This document shows, in pieces, positions 30,371-37,859 of a stretch of 64,000 nucleotides of DNA (its first letter is position 1; every line of letters begins with the position of its first letter). Both the position numbers and the translations under genes were made by a program. The notes below the pieces were generated by a model. It worked only from the letters and a program-made list of their open reading frames with translations. It was not told the origin of the DNA and made no database searches. Origin of the DNA: an uncultured Verrucomicrobiales bacterium (GTDB lineage: Bacteria; Verrucomicrobiota; Verrucomicrobiia; Limisphaerales; UBA1100); contig CAXGXE010000001.1 in the NCBI GenBank assembly GCA_964013675.1, positions 5,411 to 69,410 on the forward strand, read 5' to 3'.

Positions 30371-32026
30371 TCAGTGGTTCCAGGAAAACTCGGTGGAATT
30401 GAGCAGAGCCCAATACAGATCGGACATACGGTTGCGGCGGGCAAAGCGGCCGCCTTCGTCCAGTGCGGCCACAAAATGGGCCGATTCCTTCGGGCTGGGC
30501 CGGCGGCTGAGCACAGCCAGATAGGCTGCCTCCACGGCGGATGGGTTATCGCGCGCCGTGGCAAGAATGCGGGTGGCGGCATTGACCACGATGTTGTCCT
30601 TGATGCGTTCGTGCACCATGTTGCCGTTCATCAACAGTAACCGCTGCGGGATGGTGCCGCCGGTGGCGGAAAATTCATCCTCCCCCACATCGCCATAGAG
30701 CTTGATGAAATCACTCTGTTGCGCGGACCGGCTAAGCTGCCAGATGATGTGGGCATTGGCATCAATCGGCTTGAGCGACGCGGCCTGCAAGATGCTGCCG
30801 GCCACCTGCTCGGGCCGCAGGCGCGTGAGACCAAAGGCGGCCCAGTGGGCGTCATGTTGGTCGGTGGGCGGTTCGGCGCCCTCGCTGTCCAACTGAAATA
30901 CACGCGTGGCGGCGATTACGCGAATGAGCCGGCGCAGATCGTAGTTGTTGGCGATGAAATCGTCGGTCAACGTTTCCAGCCCGGGTGGGAACGGTTTATC
31001 GGTGGTGGCTTGGAGAGGGATTTGATCCACCGGCGTCACCAGCGGTCGCCCGAACATGAGTGCCCATACGCGGTTCACGGTGGCGCGGGCAAAGGCGCGA
31101 TTTTCCGTGTGTGTCACCCAATCGGCCAGACGTCGGCGCGGGTGTCCTTCCTCGGGTAATAACTCCGCGCTAAACGGCACCTGCGGCGGCACGGCGTTGG
31201 TTTCGCTCGCTCCGCGATACTTGAAAACATACGGTTTGTCCGTCTCATGAATGCCCGAGGCGGTCATGTCGGCTTTGCCAAAAAACGAGGCGAGCTGATG
31301 GAAATCCTTCTGCAACCAATCGTCGCCAAGATAATCGTCATGACATTGCACGCAGTCGATGCGCACACCGAGAAAGGCGCGGGTAACGCGGGCGGCCAGC
31401 TTGGCTTCGTCGGGGCCCTTGTTTTCGTTTTGATCGATGGTGACCGTCACGAAGTTCACCTCGGGATTGTTCGTCCACAATCCTTTAGCGGTGATGAGCG
31501 AGCGCACGATGCGGTCGTAAGGCCGGTTCACATGAATCTCGTCTGATAACCAGCTAACAAACCGGCGCCGCCGGTAGATGAGAAACGGGCCGTTCTCCAC
31601 GCCTACCGTGGCGCGCGCGAAGCGCTCGGCCAGATGATCACTGGTACGGCGGTCCTCAAACAGATGGCTAAGCCACCATTGAACCCGCGTGCCTTCAGGC
31701 TGTTTTTCCAGTTCGCGGATTTCCTCCAGTGAAGGAATGGTGCCGGTGAGGCCGAGGGATAGGCGGCGGACCAGCGTGAGTTCGTCGGCCGGCTGCATTG
31801 GCTTCAGCCCGGCCCGGGCCCAGTTCGCTTCGAACTGGTTATCCACCACTTGAACCGTTGCCTCAAAGCTGGCGTTTTGAAATTCGCGCGGTTCATGATC
31901 GCGCGGCGAGTTCATGGTATCGGACTGCAAGAGGTCGCTGACCACCGCGCCCGCGCCTGCTAAGCAGATCACGGCGAAGAGCAGGTTGCGCTGCCATACG
32001 GGCGGGGGTACCTTGGCGCTGGTCAT
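30371..32026 (-). CDS. DUF1549/DUF1553 domain-containing protein (lacks the N-terminal PSCyt cytochrome module)
   Basis: N-terminal TM, the CVQCHDD motif of DUF1549, and C-terminal DUF1553-like LLNSTEFSWNH. Paired with a DUF1501 gene, like the two larger paralogues in this window. Confidence 0.8.
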   Translation of the reverse strand: MTSAKVPPPVWQRNLLFAVICLAGAGAVVSDLLQSDTMNSPRDHEPREFQNASFEATVQVVDNQFEANWARAGLKPMQPADELTLVRRLSLGLTGTIPSLEEIRELEKQPEGTRVQWWLSHLFEDRRTSDHLAERFARATVGVENGPFLIYRRRRFVSWLSDEIHVNRPYDRIVRSLITAKGLWTNNPEVNFVTVTIDQNENKGPDEAKLAARVTRAFLGVRIDCVQCHDDYLGDDWLQKDFHQLASFFGKADMTASGIHETDKPYVFKYRGASETNAVPPQVPFSAELLPEEGHPRRRLADWVTHTENRAFARATVNRVWALMFGRPLVTPVDQIPLQATTDKPFPPGLETLTDDFIANNYDLRRLIRVIAATRVFQLDSEGAEPPTDQHDAHWAAFGLTRLRPEQVAGSILQAASLKPIDANAHIIWQLSRSAQQSDFIKLYGDVGEDEFSATGGTIPQRLLLMNGNMVHERIKDNIVVNAATRILATARDNPSAVEAAYLAVLSRRPSPKESAHFVAALDEGGRFARRNRMSDLYWALLNSTEFSWNH

Positions 32027-32047
32027 TGCTTCAGGACCATACCACCA

Positions 32048-33382
32048 GTGGATAAGCAATCGCAAGAGGAGGGTCTAAATGGGGCAGGGGAAAACCCTGA
32101 AGTCCCGCCCTTGCTGAATGAAGACGATGCTTCTGAATTGCCGCCGATCCTGAAAGAACAAGCCACCAAGCCGTCTTCGGAATCCGTTGCGTCTCAGGCT
32201 CCTGATGCGTCCGAACCGGAAACGCCGGCGCCTCGGTCGAACTCGCCGGTGGCTGAACCGGTGACTGCGTCCGTTCAGCAATCCATTTTCGTTCGGGCTT
32301 GGACTGGCTTTTACGCCGCAATCGGCTGGTGCTTTGGCTTGGTGTGCCTGATCGCGGGGCTGGCAGTGGTGGCGGCCATTCCGTTGGTGAACCTGGTCGG
32401 CTTGGGCTACTTGCTGTTTGCCTGCGGGCATATTGCCAGTACTGGCAGATTTCGGTGTGGCTTTGTGGGTGTGCGGCGGGCCGGCCGGCTGGGCGGCGCG
32501 ATTCTGGGCGTGTGGCTGGTACTTTGGCCGGCGCGTATGGTGGCGTCCTTACGTGATTCGGCGATGGTCGTGTCACCTGAGAAGGCCGGGTTTTGGATTG
32601 TTGCACTCTGGGTAGTTACGGGCATTACCATACTGCATATAGCTTGGGCGTTGATACGTGGAGGAAAGTTGCGCCATTTCGTTTGGCCGGCACCCATAAA
32701 GTTATTTTTTTGGCTGGGTGAGTCCAATAAATTTGCCACAGCTCGTGATGCGCTGTGGAAAACCGTTGCCGGCTTGCAGTTGCCGCGGTTGTTCTGGCTT
32801 GGCGCGCGTGGTTTTGCAGGTACCGTACTCTGGTTAATTATACCGGTGGGCTTGATGGTTCTTGCCTCCTTGATTCCACATAATGCAGGCATCTTAGTTT
32901 CTCTGCTTGGAGGGTTATTAATGATGTTTGTCGTTTTGCTTCTTCCGTTCCTGCAGGTATGGTTTGCGAAGGAGGGACGTATGCGTGCTTTCGTGGAGGT
33001 ATGGCCGGTACTTAAGCTGATGGGTCGTTCACCATTTCGATGTTGGATCGCTCTGGTCTTAACCCTCACCTCATCTTTGCCGTTGTTCCTTTTAAAAGTG
33101 GAACTCACCCCGGCCGAGATCACCTGGCTGCCGGCTTTGTTCTTTGTGGTGTTTGGTTTACCTGCTCGCCTGATTGCCGGTTGGGCAATGGGCAGAGCCA
33201 TATCACACGAGCCCTTGAAATCAGGCTGGGCTCGATGGTTGAGTCGGTTGGCTGCTTTTGGCCTGGCGGTTCCGTTTATCTTTGCCTACGTGTTGATTCT
33301 CTTTTTCTCCCAGTTCATATCCTGGAACGGAACACTAAGCCTTTTGGAGCAACACGCCTTTTTGATTCCTAGCCCGTTTTAA
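32048..33382 (+). CDS. hypothetical polytopic membrane protein with acidic/Pro-rich N-terminal tail
   Basis: About 10 predicted TM helices after an approximately 80-aa low-complexity N-terminus. GTG start only 21 nt from the divergent gene start, so the start is uncertain. Confidence 0.5.
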   Translation: MDKQSQEEGLNGAGENPEVPPLLNEDDASELPPILKEQATKPSSESVASQAPDASEPETPAPRSNSPVAEPVTASVQQSIFVRAWTGFYAAIGWCFGLVCLIAGLAVVAAIPLVNLVGLGYLLFACGHIASTGRFRCGFVGVRRAGRLGGAILGVWLVLWPARMVASLRDSAMVVSPEKAGFWIVALWVVTGITILHIAWALIRGGKLRHFVWPAPIKLFFWLGESNKFATARDALWKTVAGLQLPRLFWLGARGFAGTVLWLIIPVGLMVLASLIPHNAGILVSLLGGLLMMFVVLLLPFLQVWFAKEGRMRAFVEVWPVLKLMGRSPFRCWIALVLTLTSSLPLFLLKVELTPAEITWLPALFFVVFGLPARLIAGWAMGRAISHEPLKSGWARWLSRLAAFGLAVPFIFAYVLILFFSQFISWNGTLSLLEQHAFLIPSPF

Positions 33383-33387
33383 GGCTT

Positions 33388-34329
33388 TCAGTTTCCGGTC
33401 AGGGCCAATATCGCCCAGCAGGTGGCACTGATGGAGATGAACTGGTCCTGACCGTGCGGAAAGCCACTTTCGAAATATTTTTGGATGGGGCGGCTGCGAG
33501 TCTTTACGTGCCACGAGCCGTCTGGCTTCTGGTTTTTGAGTAACCATTGGATACCCTTTTTAAATTGAGGCGAGTCGCTTTTTAGTAGGCCGCATTTATT
33601 GAGGGCAGTCAGGGCCTGACCAGTGGCATAGGCATCACTTTTCATCGTGGTCAACTGGGCCCAGCCACCTTCTTCGTCTTGCAGTTTGAGTAAAACCTTG
33701 GCGGCAGCTTGCGATTCCTTTTGTCGATCGGCCCAGTGTAGGCCGAGTACTTTAAAGACGTGATCCTCGGTGGTTTTTGGCTGGGCTTGGGCGATCCATT
33801 GAGCAGTTTTTTTTGCCGGCTCAGAGTTGATCATTGCTTTGATGCCTAAAGCCGTAGCGGTGAAGTGGCTATCCTCCAGTGGTGGGCGGTGGGTGCGGAT
33901 GCGCCAACTGCCGTCCGGCTTCTGGGTTTTGAGCAGGTAATTGATTAGGGCTTTCGAGGTGGGGTTGGGGGGTTCCTGTGTCGCCTGGAATTGGGCGAGA
34001 GCGTAGCCGGCAGTGTAGGCTCCACCGGGCACACCTTCCCCTTTGGGCAGACGATCCTGACGATCGGAAAAGTACTCCAGAGTAAACCGGGTTTGGGTAG
34101 TAAATGTTTTTTGCGCGACAGAAAATCCGGACCGTCGGGCCTGGCTAAGAGTCATGATGGGAAGGGCCTGATGATGGCAGGTGAAGCAATCGCGTGCTTC
34201 TACATAGGTAGCGACACTTTTTTCTATCAACAATATTGAACGCTCTACCGCACGGGTAATGGCCGGATCGGCGCCGAAGGCCATCGTCTTTAATAGTAGG
34301 CAAAGAAGAACTAAAAAAGGCTTAATCAC
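33388..34329 (-). CDS. prenyltransferase/squalene-oxidase-repeat (alpha/alpha toroid) protein with a CxxCH motif
   Basis: Repeated QxxDGSW-type segments (QKPDGSWRIRT, QDEEGGWAQ, QKPDGSWHVKT) and CFTCHHQ near the N-terminus. I set the start at the GTG at 34329, which forms a GTGA overlap with the upstream stop and yields a clean signal peptide (IKPFLVLLCLLLKTMAFGA). Confidence 0.7.
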   Translation of the reverse strand: MIKPFLVLLCLLLKTMAFGADPAITRAVERSILLIEKSVATYVEARDCFTCHHQALPIMTLSQARRSGFSVAQKTFTTQTRFTLEYFSDRQDRLPKGEGVPGGAYTAGYALAQFQATQEPPNPTSKALINYLLKTQKPDGSWRIRTHRPPLEDSHFTATALGIKAMINSEPAKKTAQWIAQAQPKTTEDHVFKVLGLHWADRQKESQAAAKVLLKLQDEEGGWAQLTTMKSDAYATGQALTALNKCGLLKSDSPQFKKGIQWLLKNQKPDGSWHVKTRSRPIQKYFESGFPHGQDQFISISATCWAILALTGN

Positions 34330-35549
34330 TGGGTAGCGGGCGCGCGGCTGGTGTGTTGGGGGTTTTGGCCACGCATAGGCCAAGGGCTTTTGGCAAGGCC
34401 CGTGGAATCTGTCTTGATGGCATAGAGCTTTTTGTTCCCATACCTGACAAAGTCCCCTGATCCCACGTAAACAGTACCATCCGCGCCGATGGCGGGTGAG
34501 GAGAACACAATGTCTTCTGATTTAAATTCCCATAGTTTTATCCCAGTCTTGCTACTGATGGCATACAGCTTTTTGTCATTTGACCCGAAGTAAACTGCGC
34601 CATTAGTGCCGATGGCGGGGGTGGAGAACACCTCACCTCCCGTTTCGAACTCCCATAACTCATCCCCGGTCTTGCCATTGAGAGCATAGAGATTGTTGTC
34701 CCCTGACCCGACGTAAACCGTGCCATCAGAGCCGATGGCTGGGGAGGAGAGCACAAGAGCTCTCGTTTCAAATTCCCATAGCTTGACCCCAGTCTTGCCA
34801 TTGATGGCGTAGAGCTTGTTGTCCAATGACCCGACGTAAACCGTGCCATCAGAGCCGATGGCGGGGAAGGAGGTCATAATACCTCCCGTTTCAAATTCCC
34901 ACAGCTTCTTCCCACTCTTACCATTGATGGCATAGAGCTTGTCGTCATATGACCCAACGTAAACCGTGCCATCAGAGCTAATGGCGGGGGTAGACAAAAA
35001 GCCTCCCGTTTTAAATTCCCATAGTTTGGCCCCAGTCTTGCCATTGATGGCGTAGAGCTTTTTGTCAGATGCCCCGATATAAACCGTGCCATCAGATCCG
35101 ATGGCGGGGGAGGAGTTCACAGAATCTCCCGTTTCAAATTCCCATTGTTTCTTCCCACTCTTACCATTGATGGCATAGAGCTTGTTGTCCAATGACCCGA
35201 CGTAAACCGTGCCATCAGATCCAATGGCGGGGGAGGATCGTACCCAACCACCCGTTTCAAATTCCCATAGCTTGATCCCAGTCTTGCCATTGAGGGCATA
35301 GAGCTTGTTGTCTAATGATCCGAAGTAAACCGTGCCATCCGAGCCGATAGCGGGAGAAGAGTATACATCACCACCCGTTTCAAATTCCCAGATAGGGGCG
35401 CGGACCTTGGCTTTGGAATCCTGATTTGTGTGCTGCCCCTCCTCCGAAAGCGGAGATTTGGTTTTACTCAGAGGTTCAGGTTCATTTTTCTCTCCACACC
35501 CGGCAGCAACGAGAATGGTAAGGAGATGCAACATCCGCATGCAGTTCAT
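34326..35549 (-). CDS. PQQ-like (BamB-like) eight-bladed beta-propeller repeat lipoprotein
   Basis: Lipobox LVAAGCGEK, then eight approximately 41-aa blades of consensus LWEFETGGxVxSSPAIGSDGTVYVGSxDNKLYAINGKTGxK. Ends with SPWPMRGQNPQHT. Confidence 0.85.
   Translation of the reverse strand: MNCMRMLHLLTILVAAGCGEKNEPEPLSKTKSPLSEEGQHTNQDSKAKVRAPIWEFETGGDVYSSPAIGSDGTVYFGSLDNKLYALNGKTGIKLWEFETGGWVRSSPAIGSDGTVYVGSLDNKLYAINGKSGKKQWEFETGDSVNSSPAIGSDGTVYIGASDKKLYAINGKTGAKLWEFKTGGFLSTPAISSDGTVYVGSYDDKLYAINGKSGKKLWEFETGGIMTSFPAIGSDGTVYVGSLDNKLYAINGKTGVKLWEFETRALVLSSPAIGSDGTVYVGSGDNNLYALNGKTGDELWEFETGGEVFSTPAIGTNGAVYFGSNDKKLYAISSKTGIKLWEFKSEDIVFSSPAIGADGTVYVGSGDFVRYGNKKLYAIKTDSTGLAKSPWPMRGQNPQHTSRAPATQ
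34400..35400 (-). repeat. intragenic tandem repeat, 8 copies, period 123 nt (one copy 120 nt)
   Basis: The marker gtaaac(c/t/a)g recurs at 34467, 34590, 34713, 34836, 34959, 35079, 35202 and 35325. Neighbouring copies share long identical stretches. Confidence 0.9.
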
Positions 35550-35749
35550 CCTATCGGCACGTCCTCGACTCGTCTATTATAAAGTAAGCAATATATTATA
35601 GTCAGCAATAACATTATCTTTTCCAAGGTTGGTGGTTTTACGTGATTCTGTATCTCAGAGAACGATTATTTTGGGCATGGGGATAACCCGTGAATTGCCC
35701 GTGTATACGAAATAATAACTGCAACTTTGCGCGCGACCTTTTTGTGGTA

Positions 35750-36158
35750 GTTTCAATCCGTTGAGCGGATCTTCGGAATCGCTCGGTCAGCCAACTGACC
35801 ACGGGGATGCGACACCTCCAGAGGAATCTTCGGATGCCAAAGGAAATGTCACCCAGCCCTCCTCCGGGAGAGCTGATTCTCTCCGGCGATGTTCTCTCGG
35901 GAACATCGCCACGGACAACTTCTTCGGAAGGAGTCCACGAGGTTCACGCCTTCGGGCAGGGATTTCGGTACGAGAGGCAGAACCAAGTCCACGGCAGGCT
36001 CCTTTCGGGGAGACTGCTACTGGGCGGTCGGAAGGCAAGTGCCCTACCAAGGGCATTGACCTTCGAGCAAAAGCTCTCTCGGGAGCGGATGCGAAAAGGA
36101 TTGGTAGCCGCCCGGCGGTTGAGCTTCGGTTCAATCCAAGGGCGGCTTTTTTGTGTTT
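35750..36158 (+). ncRNA. unassigned, hairpin-dense structured RNA element (independent ncRNA or glyQS leader)
   Basis: A chain of at least 11 hairpins on the + strand. It has seven TTCGG pentamers (UUCG-type loops), a perfect 10-bp stem at 35885-35910, a recurring CC-ACGR linker, and a terminal GC stem plus U6. No credible ORF. The 5' boundary is uncertain. Confidence 0.6.
36107..36152 (+). terminator. intrinsic terminator closing the structured element, 49 nt upstream of the glyQS ATG
   Basis: gccgccc (36107-36113) pairs with gggcggc (36140-36146). The stem is extended by an inner ttgagc-UUCG-gttcaa hairpin (36119-36134) and followed by TTTTTT (36147-36152). Confidence 0.6.
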
Positions 36159-36200
36159 TGTTGACTTTTTTGGCGGTTTTCCCGATACACTCGCCGCCTC

Positions 36201-37841
36201 ATGGCACGGGATAATTCCTTGATGGATGCGATTGTGGCGTTGTGTAAACGCCGCGGGTTTGTGTTTCAATCCTCCGAAATTTACGGGGGCTTCAGTGGTT
36301 TGTGGGATTACGGCCCGCTGGGGGTGGAATTGAAGCGTAACATCAAGGAGACGTGGTGGCGCGATATGATCACCACACACGATGAGCTGGATCAGCCCGA
36401 GGGGGCACCGCGCCGGTTCCAGATGGTGGGCATCGAGTCGAGTGTCATCATGCACCCGCGCGTGTGGAAGACTTCTGGCCATTACGATTTGTTTCATGAT
36501 GAGATGGTGGATTGCCGGGAGACCAATAAGCGTTACCGGTACGATCATGTGAAAGGCCGCTGGGTGACGCATGAGGGTCGCCGGCTTTTTGTGACCACCG
36601 TGGGGGCTGATGATTTGCAGGCGGCTCTGCAGGAACGCGCGTTACGTTTCTTTGGCCTGAAAAACAAGTATGCCGATAAGCTGGAATGGGACGGTGAGAT
36701 TGTCGATCTGCCGACGGTAAAGGATCACACCGAGGTGTTGGGCCCGGACGCCAAGGAACTCGGCTCGCTCACCGAACCGCGGGAGTTCAATCTGATGTTT
36801 GAAACGCACGTGGGCGCGATGCGCAATGACGACAACAAGGCCTTTCTGCGGCCGGAGACGGCGCAGGGGATGTTTGTGAATTTTAAGAACGTGGTGGATA
36901 GCAACCGCGTGAAGGTGCCCTTTGGCATCGCGCAGCAAGGCAAGAGTTTCCGCAACGAGATTACGCCGCGCAACTTCACCTTCCGCAGCCGCGAATTTGA
37001 GCAGATGGAGATGGAGTTTTTCTGTCACCCGGAAGAATCCTTCAAGTGGTACACCTACTGGCGCGATCGCCGGTTCAAGTGGTACACGGATTTGGGGATC
37101 GATGCCTCCAAGCTGATTCTGCGTGATCACGAGCAGGACGAGCTCTCGCATTACTCGGTGGGCACGGCTGATGTGGAGTACGCGTTTCCGTTCTGCGAGG
37201 AAGGCGAATTCGGCGAGCTGGAAGGCATCGCGCACCGCGGCGATTTTGATCTGCGCTCGCATATGGAAGGCAAGCTCGTGCGCGAAGGCGAGGAGCTGGT
37301 GGTGGAAAAGGATGCTGAGGGGAACCCGAAATACCCCGGCAGTGGGAAGGATCTTACTTTCTTCGATGACGAAACGAAGGACCGCTTTGTGCCTCACGTG
37401 ATCGAGCCGGCCGCCGGAGCGGATCGCACGGTACTGGCGTTTATTTGCAATGCCTACCATGAGGAGACCATCACCAACGAAAAGGGCAAGGAAGAGACGC
37501 GCGTGGTCATGAAGTTTCACCCGCGCATTGCGCCGTACAAGGTGGGCGTCTTCCCGCTACTCAAGAACAAGCCCGAGCTGGTCGCTAAAGCACGCGAGGT
37601 TTGTAACCTGCTGCGCCCGCACATGGCGGTGTTTTATGATGAAGGCGGCGCCATTGGTCGACGCTATCGCCGCCAAGACGAGGCCGGCACGCCTTACGGT
37701 GTGACCATCGATTTCGATACGCTCGGCGAAAACGGCGATGAGTCCAAGGACACCATCACCTTGCGTGATCGCGATACCATGGAGCAAACCCGTATGCCCA
37801 TCAGCGAGCTCCTGCCGTTTCTGCTGGAGAAAATTCGGTAG
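36201..37841 (+). CDS. glyQS: glycine--tRNA ligase (class II, homodimeric alpha2 type)
   Basis: N-terminal RRGFVFQSSEIYGG...WDYGPLG, motif 2 FRNEITPRNFTFRSREFEQMEMEFF, and motif 3 region EPAAGADR. 546 aa. Confidence 0.95.
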   Translation: MARDNSLMDAIVALCKRRGFVFQSSEIYGGFSGLWDYGPLGVELKRNIKETWWRDMITTHDELDQPEGAPRRFQMVGIESSVIMHPRVWKTSGHYDLFHDEMVDCRETNKRYRYDHVKGRWVTHEGRRLFVTTVGADDLQAALQERALRFFGLKNKYADKLEWDGEIVDLPTVKDHTEVLGPDAKELGSLTEPREFNLMFETHVGAMRNDDNKAFLRPETAQGMFVNFKNVVDSNRVKVPFGIAQQGKSFRNEITPRNFTFRSREFEQMEMEFFCHPEESFKWYTYWRDRRFKWYTDLGIDASKLILRDHEQDELSHYSVGTADVEYAFPFCEEGEFGELEGIAHRGDFDLRSHMEGKLVREGEELVVEKDAEGNPKYPGSGKDLTFFDDETKDRFVPHVIEPAAGADRTVLAFICNAYHEETITNEKGKEETRVVMKFHPRIAPYKVGVFPLLKNKPELVAKAREVCNLLRPHMAVFYDEGGAIGRRYRRQDEAGTPYGVTIDFDTLGENGDESKDTITLRDRDTMEQTRMPISELLPFLLEKIR

Positions 37842-37859
37842 CCCCGCATACTTGCCCGC

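Noticed and set aside
34538-35299. Repeated minus-strand ORFs translating as MARFTSGHWTTSS...PSMARLG (34538..34849, 34874..35092, 35117..35299; also 44379..44687)
   Set aside because: They are alternative-frame shadows of the 123-nt propeller repeats. The frame encoding LWEFET...GSDGTVYVGS blades is continuous, and it has a lipoprotein signal and a recognisable fold.
35750-36158. Assignment of the structured element to RNase P RNA, tmRNA, 6S, SRP RNA, the glycine riboswitch or a canonical T-box
   Set aside because: The defining motifs are missing. There is no GAGGAAAGUCCGGGC / ACAGAACCCGGCUUA P4 pair or GGGUGAAA for RNase P. There is no GGGG...acceptor/T-arm...CCACCA or tag ORF for tmRNA. 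There is no GGAGAG...CACCGAAGGGGCAA for the glycine aptamer. The nearest T-box-like string (AGGAUUGGUAGCCGCC versus AGGGUGGNACCGCG) has indels and sits in a different structural context. These are only eye-level comparisons, so cmscan is still required.
35761-36572. ORFs 35761..36222 (+, 153 aa), 35807..36214 (+, 135 aa) and 35787..36572 (-, 261 aa) covering the glyQS upstream region
   Set aside because: They run through a chain of perfect hairpins and a terminator. They have Arg/Ser/Gly/Pro-rich low-complexity translations, no start context and no recognisable domain. The minus-strand ORF also runs antisense into glyQS. The RNA interpretation explains the sequence better.
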